DNA from: an uncultured Clostridia bacterium
Lineage (GTDB): Bacteria > Bacillota > Clostridia > TANB77 > CAG-508
NCBI GenBank assembly: GCA_948934525.1
Contig: CAQZSK010000001.1
Span: 222,574 to 286,573, forward strand
DNA: 64,000 bases
Direction of reading: 5' to 3'
Both the position numbers and the translations under genes were made by a program. The notes beneath the pieces were generated by a model. That model made no database searches, had not been told where the DNA came from, and saw nothing but the letters and a program-made list of their open reading frames with translations. Shown here piece after piece: positions 36,124-45,019 of the stretch (within the stretch, counting starts at the first letter, position 1; each line of letters opens with the position of its first letter).

Positions 36124-37296
36124 ATGGTAAAAATGAATACAACTCAAACCTATGTTAAAATGCCTGTAATTGGTAAAGTACAACACGGCGAAAAACTTAT
36201 AACTGATGATGGAAAGCAAAGAACCGTAGACTATGGCTATTTCATTGCAAAAATTCAAGAAGCGAATATGCAACAATACTTAGATAAGTTCAATACTCTA
36301 ATAAAAGGCTCTAAAAGTATCGACATTCAATTTCTTGACGATAACCCTTTGTCGGTTAGGCAAGAAAGGGCTAATCAAAGTGGAACAGTTTGTTATTGTA
36401 TGGAAGGGCAGAGTAAAGGAAAACAAAAGATTAAAAATTTATGGCAAGATATTGAGTGTAAGTCAGATTGTACATACTTACAAAAAGATACATATGGTAA
36501 ATCACCTTGTAAACGTATTGCCTGGTTAAAGTTCCTTATTCCTCAAATAGCATTAGACCGAATTTGGCTAATGAAAATAACCGGTCAAGAGGCAATCGAT
36601 AATTTACAGTCATATATTAGCTTTCAATACTTACAAGGAAACTCATTAAAAAATAATATTTATACTATATTTCTAACTCAAAAGGAACAAATAGATAGTT
36701 TAGGCAAAATTCATAATAATTATGTTTTAGATATCATACAAAAATCAGATTTTATTTCTCACCCTCCAATTTCAAATAATTCTCAAGACCCCCAAAAGCC
36801 TATCATTAATAATGACAAAACACCAACTAATACTACACAAAAAACAAGCAAGCAATCTAACAGTTCTAAAGAAAAACAATCTCAAGGAACTACCACAACT
36901 ACTAAAAGTTCTAGTACACCAGTTAAAAAAGAAGAAAAAAAAGAAACTACATCTCAGAAATCAGCTAGCAAAAAAGAAACTACAAGCAAGCCTAAATCTT
37001 CTAATCAAAAAAAAGCAGAAGAAAGCAACCAAGAAACTACAAGTGAGTATGATAATTGCTATGTGTTATTAAGCACTAGCACTGAAAAGATACAAAACAA
37101 AGAATATTTTGTAGCTGAATTTGTAGATATGCAAGATAAGACTTTAAAAGTTGCAATTCACCCTAACTTTGTAACCGAACTTTCTGAGTGTGAACTTGGA
37201 ACAGTAGTAAAATTAGACATTCAAGAAGTACAACAAACAAACTTTGCAGTTGGATTAGAATTTGTTGAAAAACATACAAAAAAAGTAGCAGCATAA
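36124..37296 (+). CDS. hypothetical protein: Cys-rich N-domain, Ser/Thr/Lys-rich linker, OB-like C-domain
   Basis: 390 aa. N-terminal KMPVIGKVQHGEK...DYGYF, a ~110-aa low-complexity linker and a C-terminal tail ...KKVAA. Confidence 0.5.
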   Translation: MVKMNTTQTYVKMPVIGKVQHGEKLITDDGKQRTVDYGYFIAKIQEANMQQYLDKFNTLIKGSKSIDIQFLDDNPLSVRQERANQSGTVCYCMEGQSKGKQKIKNLWQDIECKSDCTYLQKDTYGKSPCKRIAWLKFLIPQIALDRIWLMKITGQEAIDNLQSYISFQYLQGNSLKNNIYTIFLTQKEQIDSLGKIHNNYVLDIIQKSDFISHPPISNNSQDPQKPIINNDKTPTNTTQKTSKQSNSSKEKQSQGTTTTTKSSSTPVKKEEKKETTSQKSASKKETTSKPKSSNQKKAEESNQETTSEYDNCYVLLSTSTEKIQNKEYFVAEFVDMQDKTLKVAIHPNFVTELSECELGTVVKLDIQEVQQTNFAVGLEFVEKHTKKVAA

Positions 37297-37398
37297 GAAA
37301 ATAAGGTGTCTATGCTACTACATAAAATTAATTATAATATTTATATACTAAATAATTGATAAAGTCAATATTTTTAGAAAATTAGAAAGGAGTTTTTT

Positions 37399-37767
37399 AT
37401 GGAAACATTTACATATAAAAATTATCAAAACTGTTATTTTACAGTTGGAAGCTATGTAGCTGACACAACAGCTATGGCAATATCTATTGTTAATGACGAA
37501 GATGGTCTAATTTCAACTTGTACAATATATGATGAATTTGGTTTTTATGCTTCTAATTCTATAACTGTAAAAAATTATTCAGAAAATTCACATATGACAG
37601 ACTTTTTAAAAAGCTTAGGAGTAGTTATTGACACTATTGATAGACGTCCTTGTAATAGAAAAGTAGGCCATACATTATATAGTGAAAATCCACAAACAAT
37701 TGATACTTGTATTATAAATAAAGATATTCTAAAAAGATATTGTAAGGAGTGGAATTACAATGTTTAG
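37399..37767 (+). CDS. DUF4313-like small protein
   Basis: ...AISIVNDEDGLISTCTIY...ITVKNYSENSHMTDFLKSLGVV parallels 35762-36118. Confidence 0.4.
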   Translation: METFTYKNYQNCYFTVGSYVADTTAMAISIVNDEDGLISTCTIYDEFGFYASNSITVKNYSENSHMTDFLKSLGVVIDTIDRRPCNRKVGHTLYSENPQTIDTCIINKDILKRYCKEWNYNV

Positions 37768-37954
37768 TCAATTTCCTATTGGAAAAAAAGTTTTAGTAAC
37801 TGGTATTGGAAAAAACAAAGGCACAAAATATCTAAACAATATTGGAATTGTAATATGTCGTGATCCTTACTACCACGATTATAATATTCAATTTGAAGAT
37901 ACTTCGGAAGATTGGCTTAATGTAAATTGCCTAAAAAATTATGAAGGAGGATAA
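37760..37954 (+). CDS. hypothetical small protein
   Basis: 64 aa, overlapping both neighbours (operon coupling). Confidence 0.4.
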   Translation: MFSQFPIGKKVLVTGIGKNKGTKYLNNIGIVICRDPYYHDYNIQFEDTSEDWLNVNCLKNYEGG

Positions 37955-39947
37955 TATTATGAAATTAACGTATCTAAAAACAATTGGATTTAGAAAATTC
38001 AAAAATGAATTTGAAACTGAACTTTATGACATTACTAGTATCACTGGAAAAAACAAATCTGGAAAAAGTAATATTTTATATGCCATTGTAAACATTTTAC
38101 TGGGTGCAAATTTATCAGGAGATGAAAAAACTTGTCTTATCAATAATAAATGTGATGCTTCATATGGAGAATTACATTTTACTGATAATAGAGGAATTGA
38201 GCATATTCTAATTCGTGGTAAGGATAAATACACTAGCACCAAGAACTTCATTTCTCTTGATGGTAAACCAGTATCTCAAACAGATTTGATTAGCTTTTAT
38301 AAGGATAAGAAGTTATTTTTGTCTATTATCAATCCCCTATATTTTCTTAATAAGAAGCCTTCTGAACAAAAAGAGTTGGTCGATAAATACTTATCTGATA
38401 TTAAACCTAAAATAATCTTTGACACACTAACGAACCAACAGCAAAACAGCTTAATTGAGAAATATTTTCGTATTTCTACCAAAGAAATCTATCCTAAACT
38501 AACTATTGAAGATTTACAAAATATTTATGATGAGCATAACTTAAAATCAATTACAGGAAAGGATTTTACAGATATAGTAGATAAAGATAAATGGCATACA
38601 ATATGCGACAACATAAAAGAGTTGAGTGGCAGAAAGTATTATGAAATGCTTTCAGTCGAGGAAAGAGAAGATTATATCAACCAAAATATGTTAAATATAT
38701 GTATGTATATTGCGTTTGATAATTTAAGTCAAGAAGAACAAAATATTTTGGAAGTGATACCTTCTAATGTCCCATCATATATAGCGGAATTGAATACTAA
38801 TGTCAAAGAAACAGAAAACATTATCTCTTTATTAAAGGGGAAAATTGACTATGCACAAGATATTGTCAATTTTGAACTGCCTACATACCAAAAATTCGAC
38901 AAAGAAGAAGAACTTTCTCTTGCAGAGCAAGAGTTATTAGTCTTAAACTCGAATAAAAAAATTATTGATAAGGAAAGACAAAAAAAAGTAGTAGAAGAAC
39001 TTGAAAAAGATATTTTAAATAAGGAGACTGAACTTAAAGAGCTAGAAAGTGAAATGAAAAATGGTAAACAAAAATATTTATCAATAAAAAATGGCATAAC
39101 TTGTACTTGTCCTACTTGTAATCAATATATACAGGATGAAAGTAAGGAAACTACAGTATCAAATATGTATAAAGACTTAATGGCTAAATACGATAAAAAG
39201 AACTTATTAGAAACACAAATAAAAGATCAAAAGTTTAATCTAGCTATGGAAAAATGTAAATATCATTCACTAAAAGGTGAATCTACTATTGAAAAATCAA
39301 AGAGAATTATAGTTATAGAAGAAAATATCAAGCAATTAAAACATGAACAGCAAGAAATTGACAGATTTAACAGTGAAATTACTGCAAAGGAAAAAAGTAT
39401 AGAAAGTGCAAAATTAGATATAGAAAAGTTTAACAGCGAAATAAAAGCAAAAACTAAATTCATTGACAGTTTAAATCAAGCTAAAAGAATTGCTCAGAAG
39501 CTTTATATTTCATATATTGAAGAAAAGATGAAGCTAGCACAACAATATTTGAAAGACGTTGATATAAAATTCTACTCTGTTTTAAAAACTACTGGAGAAA
39601 TCAAAGAGGATTTTATTATTACATATAAAAATAAGGCTCTAAGTGACTTATCAAGATCTGAAACTATTGCTACTGCACTAGAATTTGCTAATATGTTTAA
39701 CAAAATAAGTAAGGTCAACTTTCCTCTTTTCATAGATGATTATGAAAGTTGTGTAGATTATAATTTTATTAATCAATATAAAAATAATGATCAATTATTT
39801 TTATCTATGGTACAAAAAGGTTCTCCATTAAAAATTGCTAACTATAATGATAATAAAAAGTGTACTATCATAAAAACAACAATTACAGGATACAGGACAA
39901 TAAAATTATACAATAAGAGTAATAATATACTTCAGCAAGCAGCATAA
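37941..39947 (+). CDS. Rad50/SbcC-like AAA ATPase with coiled coil and CxxC hook
   Basis: N-terminal KLTYLKTIGFRKF plus Walker A GKNKSGKS, a long Lys/Glu coiled coil with central CTCPTCNQ, and a C-terminal FPLFIDDYE (Walker B-like). The likely start is ATG 37959. Confidence 0.7.
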   Translation: MKEDNIMKLTYLKTIGFRKFKNEFETELYDITSITGKNKSGKSNILYAIVNILLGANLSGDEKTCLINNKCDASYGELHFTDNRGIEHILIRGKDKYTSTKNFISLDGKPVSQTDLISFYKDKKLFLSIINPLYFLNKKPSEQKELVDKYLSDIKPKIIFDTLTNQQQNSLIEKYFRISTKEIYPKLTIEDLQNIYDEHNLKSITGKDFTDIVDKDKWHTICDNIKELSGRKYYEMLSVEEREDYINQNMLNICMYIAFDNLSQEEQNILEVIPSNVPSYIAELNTNVKETENIISLLKGKIDYAQDIVNFELPTYQKFDKEEELSLAEQELLVLNSNKKIIDKERQKKVVEELEKDILNKETELKELESEMKNGKQKYLSIKNGITCTCPTCNQYIQDESKETTVSNMYKDLMAKYDKKNLLETQIKDQKFNLAMEKCKYHSLKGESTIEKSKRIIVIEENIKQLKHEQQEIDRFNSEITAKEKSIESAKLDIEKFNSEIKAKTKFIDSLNQAKRIAQKLYISYIEEKMKLAQQYLKDVDIKFYSVLKTTGEIKEDFIITYKNKALSDLSRSETIATALEFANMFNKISKVNFPLFIDDYESCVDYNFINQYKNNDQLFLSMVQKGSPLKIANYNDNKKCTIIKTTITGYRTIKLYNKSNNILQQAA

Positions 39948-40010
39948 AATTAATAATTTTGAAAAAGGCAGAGAAATCTGTCTTTTTTCTTATGCTAGAA
40001 AGGAAATAAA

Positions 40011-40820
40011 ATGATAATATCAAATGATTTCACAAAAGCATATAACACTTTATGTATTAATTATGGAGAATATAATGTATTTTATGATTTTGTAAAAATG
40101 TGTGCCATAACAATTTATAATTCATTTGCCAAAAATCAGGAATTAGAACAAGAATATCTACACATTATCAATTCTTACAGTAAAGAAGAACAAAAGCTAT
40201 TTCCTAAGATGTTTTGCGAATTGATTATGGAATTTGAAAGACAATATAAATTGAATGGGCCAACAGACATATTAGGTCCTATTTATGAAATGGAAAATTT
40301 AAAAAATGCACAACTCGGACAGTTCTTTACCCCATCTCATATTTCTAACTGTATATCAAAAATAACAATAAATGAAATTGAAAATATTGAACAGCAGATT
40401 GAAAAGAATGGCTTTATAACATTATGCGAACCAACTTGTGGTGCTGGTGGTCTGGTTCTCTCATTTGCTAGCACATTACAACAAAATAACATCAATTATC
40501 AAAATTCATTATTAGTAGAAGCTACTGATATATCTGATTTTTGTGCCTATATGACATATATCCAATTTTCTTTATATGGGATACCTGCAACAGTCTATTG
40601 TGGTGACTGTTTAACAAAAAAAATGAGATTTAAAATGGAAACTCCATTATTTTTTCTAAATTATTGGAAATTCAGGAGATTTTATACAAAGGATAAGCAT
40701 GATACATCAGAAAATGGAAAAAAATCAACAGAAATAAAAAACGTTATAGAAAGTGAAAACCAAAACCTAAATTTAAAGGAAGTTATAATAAAGGGTAATT
40801 GTCAAATTACCTTATGGTGA
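40011..40820 (+). CDS. HsdM/N6-adenine methyltransferase-like protein lacking catalytic motif IV
   Basis: LGQFFTPSHIS and motif I LCEPTCGAGG are present, with a motif II/III-like VEATDISDFCAYMTYIQFSLYGIPATVYCGDCLT. No (N/D)PP(Y/F/W) anywhere, and no TRD. Confidence 0.55.
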   Translation: MIISNDFTKAYNTLCINYGEYNVFYDFVKMCAITIYNSFAKNQELEQEYLHIINSYSKEEQKLFPKMFCELIMEFERQYKLNGPTDILGPIYEMENLKNAQLGQFFTPSHISNCISKITINEIENIEQQIEKNGFITLCEPTCGAGGLVLSFASTLQQNNINYQNSLLVEATDISDFCAYMTYIQFSLYGIPATVYCGDCLTKKMRFKMETPLFFLNYWKFRRFYTKDKHDTSENGKKSTEIKNVIESENQNLNLKEVIIKGNCQITLW

Positions 40821-40838
40821 TAGTAAGGAGACATAAAA

Positions 40839-41274
40839 ATGGAAGTATTTAAACAAAAACTATTATTAGTTAAAGAACAATCTTTTGATTATGAGCAAAA
40901 GGTTACAAATTCAACAGAAGTTATTAATTTTATTAGAGATATTTTAAAATTGCAAAATGAATTTCAAGAAGTAGTATATGTATTGTTACTTAATAACCAA
41001 AACCGAATTGTTGGTTTTTCAGAAATTGCAAGACGGTGGTGCAAACTGGTGCAATTTTTCACAAAGTGAATTATTCAAGACAGTGTTATTTAGTAATAGT
41101 TCAAAATTTATTCTCGTACATAACCATCCGTCTGGAAATGCAAAGCCAAGTGAAAGTGATTATGAAATGACTAGAAAAGTTTTACAAGTTGCTAGACTTT
41201 TAGCCTTACAATTTCTTGATCATATTGTAATAGGAGATAATCAACATACATCAATAATGAGTGAAATGCAATAA
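40839..41274 (+). pseudogene. RadC-like JAB/MPN domain protein, frameshifted
   Basis: ORF 40839-41069 (..VVYVLLLNNQNRIVGFSEIA) and ORF 40978-41274 (..DGGANWCNFSQSELF..ILVHNHPSGNAKPSESDYEMT..LDHIVIG) together give a complete RadC. The frame changes near 41030. Confidence 0.7.
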
Positions 41275-41298
41275 ATTTAAAATGAAAGGAAAATACAC

Positions 41299-41715
41299 AT
41301 GAAAATTAAAGTTTTATTAGTAATACCAGGAAAAGAAGTTCAAATCGTTAAGTTGCCATCTGCAAACAAATTTATCAAATCTTTTATAGGAAAAAATCTA
41401 TATAAAATAAGTTTAGATGATGAAACTGCACTTATTGCAAGTCATAGTGCACAACTAGAAGAATTTAACAGAATTTACAAAGGAGATATTATTTTCGGTT
41501 CGTTTTTAGTAATTGGTACTAAAAATAATCATAATATCTCTCTAAAAAAGAAACAAATTCGCAAATTTACTAATATGTTTAAATTAAACAAACATCAGAA
41601 GAAAATTGAGAAATATAAACAAGAATTTCTCGAAGAATTTTATTTTAATCAGAAATTAAATAAACAAAAAAATGCTGTGGCAAATAAAAATCAAATTTTT
41701 AATGTAGCAGCATAA
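41299..41715 (+). CDS. DUF3846-like protein
   Basis: MKIKVLLVIPGKEVQIVKLPS...IIFGSFLVIGTKN resembles DUF3846 of conjugative elements. The tail is ...NVAA. Confidence 0.45.
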   Translation: MKIKVLLVIPGKEVQIVKLPSANKFIKSFIGKNLYKISLDDETALIASHSAQLEEFNRIYKGDIIFGSFLVIGTKNNHNISLKKKQIRKFTNMFKLNKHQKKIEKYKQEFLEEFYFNQKLNKQKNAVANKNQIFNVAA

Positions 41716-41731
41716 GAAAGGATGATTTTAA

Positions 41732-42382
41732 ATGAGTAAATTTTTAGTAATGGTTATTTTAAAACCAGATATAAAAACATCAAGGCTTAATTCTATTCAA
41801 AGTGGAATTATAAATATGTTTGAACAGAATACAAAAGTCAAACAAATATGGTACTTAGGAAAAGAGAAACTAGATTTTAAAGATAAGCAATATACTGAAG
41901 GTATATATATAAAGTTAGATATTGCTAGCAATTCTAAAAAAGTAGAAAAACTTAGAACTGAATTACGTAAAAATAGAGATATTCTATCTTCTATTATTAT
42001 GAATAACGATAGTGAAAAAAAATCTAGATTACCAAATTTAAAAATGCGAAAATTTCCTTTTTATAAGAATATACCAATAAATAATATTTTGGTAGCTAAT
42101 AATGGCAAAAAAATATATATGCTTATAAATAAAAATATAAGGTTACCTTTTTGCGAATCTGACATTATTGCAATTAGTGAAAGTGAAAACAAAATATTAG
42201 AAATTGCAAATAAAAAACTGCAAGAGTATATCTATATTAAAGGATTTCATACTTTAAAACCTTTCAAAATCATAAAAGAAGTTGAAAAAGAACTGAAAGT
42301 CCATAGGAAGGTTCAGTTTGTATTAGATAATAATTCTAATATAGGACAAGAACTAATAATACAAGAGAAAGATTTAATTTAA
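41732..42382 (+). CDS. ribosomal protein S6-like N-terminal domain fused to an unknown ~120-aa C-terminal domain
   Basis: The first ~95 aa, MSKFLVMVILKPDI...YLGKEKLDFKDKQYTEGIYIKLDIAS...KVEKLRTELRKNRDILSSIIM, align by eye with RpsF (MRKYEVMYIIRPNI...DWGKRRLAYEINDFRDGFY..). Located directly upstream of ssb. Confidence 0.55.
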   Translation: MSKFLVMVILKPDIKTSRLNSIQSGIINMFEQNTKVKQIWYLGKEKLDFKDKQYTEGIYIKLDIASNSKKVEKLRTELRKNRDILSSIIMNNDSEKKSRLPNLKMRKFPFYKNIPINNILVANNGKKIYMLINKNIRLPFCESDIIAISESENKILEIANKKLQEYIYIKGFHTLKPFKIIKEVEKELKVHRKVQFVLDNNSNIGQELIIQEKDLI

Positions 42383-42399
42383 GAAAGGAGAAAAAAATT

Positions 42400-42837
42400 A
42401 TGAATAAAATAATTTTATTAGGTAGATTAACAAAAGCACCAGAGATAAGATTTACACAAAGTAATAATAACAAAGTAGCACTATTTACACTTGCGGTAAA
42501 CAGGAAATATGTAAAACAAGGAGAGGAAAGACAAGCTGATTTCTTTAACATTGTGGCTTATTCAAGGTTAGCGGAACTCGCTGAAAAATATTTGCATCAA
42601 GGACTTCAAATTTGCATTAGTGGTAGACTTCAAAATAGAAATTATGAGGACAAAAATGGTGTAACACGATATGTAACAGAAGTAATTGCAGAAGAAGTCT
42701 ACTTTGCTGATAGTCAGAAAAAAGCTGATGAAAGTATTTTGTATTCAAATAATTCGGTAAATACTAATGATTCACAAGTAGAAAATACGAAGGTATCTGA
42801 AGAATTTAACTTAGATTCTGATGATCTCCCATTTTAA
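42400..42837 (+). CDS. ssb: single-stranded DNA-binding protein
   Basis: MNKIILLGRLTKAPEIRFT OB fold, and an acidic C-terminal tip DSDDLPF. Confidence 0.9.
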   Translation: MNKIILLGRLTKAPEIRFTQSNNNKVALFTLAVNRKYVKQGEERQADFFNIVAYSRLAELAEKYLHQGLQICISGRLQNRNYEDKNGVTRYVTEVIAEEVYFADSQKKADESILYSNNSVNTNDSQVENTKVSEEFNLDSDDLPF

Positions 42838-42893
42838 ATGACAGAGAAATTATATCAAAACAGCCAAATAAAAAGAAAAGGAGAATTGAAAAA

Positions 42894-43043
42894 ATGATAT
42901 TTGTAGTTACGTTAGAAGATATAATAGAATTATGTCTAATCACAGCTTTTGCTGTAGGAAGCATAATTTATATTATATATGAGCTTGCGAAAGTCAAAGT
43001 AGAAAATAGAAAAAAACAAAATAGGAAGGAAGTGAAATCATAA
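42894..43043 (+). CDS. unannotated 49-aa single-TM peptide
   Basis: Hand translation gives MIFVVTLEDIIELCLITAFAVGSIIYIIYELAKVKVENRKKQNRKEVKS*. AAAGGAGA SD ~9 nt upstream. Confidence 0.35.
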   Translation: MIFVVTLEDIIELCLITAFAVGSIIYIIYELAKVKVENRKKQNRKEVKS

Positions 43044-43160
43044 TTATCCTATAATAGGTTATATCAGCTATGAAGAATATGATATGTAAAATATATGACT
43101 TTGACACATTAAATGTGTAGTAGAGTATGTTGCCATAAATAGATAAATTTATGGCTAATT

Positions 43161-43871
43161 ATGAAATATATAGCAAGTGTGAGCTTTGGAAAAGACAGTT
43201 TAGCAATGTTATTGATACTAATAGAAAAAGGCATGCCCCTTGATGAGGTGATTTTTTATAATACTGGTATGGAATTTCAAGCTATCTATGATGTTTGCAA
43301 AAAAGTAAGAAAAATACTAAAGAAAAACAACATAATTTATACTGAATTAAAACCATCCACCACTTTTTTATATAAAATGTTGAAAAAAAACGTACAAAAA
43401 AGAGATGGTGCAACACAATGCGGTTACGGAATTTGCGGTGGCAAGTGCCGTTGGGGAACAAATGATAAGAATATTGCAATAAGCAAATATTTGAAACAGA
43501 AATATGGAAATGAATATTACGAATATATCGGAATTGCAGCAGATGAGCAGAAAAGAATTGACCAGAGACGACCTCCAACTAAACTACTACCTTTAGTAGA
43601 ATGGAATATGACTGAGAAAGACTGCTTAGAATACTGTTATAAACATCAATTCTATTGGGAAGAAAATGGTATCAGATTGTACGAAGTATTAGATAGAGTG
43701 AGCTGTTGGTGCTGCTCTAACAAAAATAAGAAAGAACTAGACAATATGTTTTATTACTTACCTAATTACTATTTGAAAATTATAGGATTGCTAAAAGAAA
43801 TAAAAAGGAATAATAAGAGAGATAGCATCGTAGTAAAGAAAGTAGAAGAATTTTATTTAAAAATGCTTTAA
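43161..43871 (+). CDS. PAPS reductase/PP-loop ATPase family protein
   Basis: PP-loop variant SVSFGKDS near the N-terminus and a C-terminal Cys cluster (CWCC). Confidence 0.65.
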   Translation: MKYIASVSFGKDSLAMLLILIEKGMPLDEVIFYNTGMEFQAIYDVCKKVRKILKKNNIIYTELKPSTTFLYKMLKKNVQKRDGATQCGYGICGGKCRWGTNDKNIAISKYLKQKYGNEYYEYIGIAADEQKRIDQRRPPTKLLPLVEWNMTEKDCLEYCYKHQFYWEENGIRLYEVLDRVSCWCCSNKNKKELDNMFYYLPNYYLKIIGLLKEIKRNNKRDSIVVKKVEEFYLKML

Positions 43872-43920
43872 CTATGTGAAAGCTATTTTTGAACTAAAAA
43901 ATATATAGGAGGAATAAAAA

Positions 43921-44196
43921 ATGCAAACAAACATTATAAGTGTAAAATATGAAGATAATTTTGAGAAAAAAACATTTAGTGGTAAGGCATATAGTTATTA
44001 CACTGCTATACCTGTTAAGGTTGGCGATTTAGTAATTGCTCCTACCGCTTTTGTTGAAAAAATTGCAAGAGTATCAACTATTGATATTCCTGAAGAACAA
44101 GTAGAAAGTATCAAACCATATTTAAAAACTGTTGAGCGAGAAATTGATAAGGAAAAATACTTACAGACCGGTGAAATAGTAGAAAAGGCGGCTTAA
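43921..44196 (+). CDS. hypothetical small protein
   Basis: 91 aa with a good SD (AGGAGG). The tail is ...VEKAA. Confidence 0.45.
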   Translation: MQTNIISVKYEDNFEKKTFSGKAYSYYTAIPVKVGDLVIAPTAFVEKIARVSTIDIPEEQVESIKPYLKTVEREIDKEKYLQTGEIVEKAA

Positions 44197-44197
44197 T

Positions 44198-44603
44198 ATG
44201 AGTGGAACTGATGTTGTAAGTATTTTAATTCCTCAGTTATTAAACTTAGGTTTTATTGTACATCGCTATAATTCATATTCTACCAGTTCAATTTATTTAA
44301 AATTGGATTACCGGTGTGGCCTGTGGCATTCGTATTGCAGACCATCCAGGCAAGAAAAAATATAATTATAGATTCAATATCATAAAGGATTATATTGGAA
44401 ATAAGGTCATCATCAAAGATGGCCTTGTTTGTCGCTTTTATGGCTTTAATGAACTAGATGATGTACTTACTGCAATTCAAAAAGAAAAGCAAGACAAAAT
44501 CGGAAAATATGGTTTACAAAATTATCAAAAATATATGGAAAAAGATTCTAAAAATGAATTATATAAGAGATTTAAAGAAGTGAGAGGAGAAACAAATAAA
44601 TGA
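44198..44603 (+). pseudogene. hypothetical protein interrupted by a 1-nt insertion
   Basis: ATG 44198 opens MSGTDVVSILIPQLLNLGFIVHRYNSYSTSSIYLKLDY. Removing one C at 44311/44312 joins it to GVACGIRIADHPGKKKYNYRF... (ORF 44316-44603). Confidence 0.45.
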
Positions 44604-45019
44604 ACGGTTTTGAACGATTAAAAAACATGTTAGATGAATGGAAAAAGGATCATGGCGAAGACGAAGCATTTAACGAAACTGTTAATTATCTATTAAATAG
44701 ACCTGATTTAGAGACAAAATTTCTTAATGACGAAAAGTCTCTAGATGGCTTACATGATTTTATACATGACAAAGGTCAAAAACATTGTCTTAATGGTTGG
44801 TGCTATATTACAAATGAAGTAATTTTTGCCTGGGCTGTAATGTACTTCTCATTGCCAAATGCTCTATTAAAAATTACCTCTCCAAAGAAAAAAGAGGATA
44901 ATAAGGTAGAAAAAACAAACAAACAAACTACTAATGTCATTTCTATTGAACAAGCAAAGAAAAAAATTGAAGAAAAGAAAAATGACCAAATTTCTTTGTT
45001 TGGAGGTGCAACAGTATGA
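44600..45019 (+). CDS. PcfK-like protein
   Basis: 139 aa. FNETVNYLLNRPDLETKF...NGWCYITNEVIFAWAVMYF fits my recollection of PF14058. Followed by a PcfJ-like gene, as in pCF10. Confidence 0.5.
   Translation: MNGFERLKNMLDEWKKDHGEDEAFNETVNYLLNRPDLETKFLNDEKSLDGLHDFIHDKGQKHCLNGWCYITNEVIFAWAVMYFSLPNALLKITSPKKKEDNKVEKTNKQTTNVISIEQAKKKIEEKKNDQISLFGGATV

Noticed and set aside
35691-36276. Minus-strand ORFs 35691-35888 and 36052-36276
   Set aside because: They are antisense to the co-directional leading-region operon, have no SD, and their translations are low-complexity.
36812-37072. 86-aa alternative-frame Lys-rich ORF
   Set aside because: It lies inside the low-complexity Ser/Thr/Lys linker region of ORF 36124-37296 and is produced by A-rich codon repeats.
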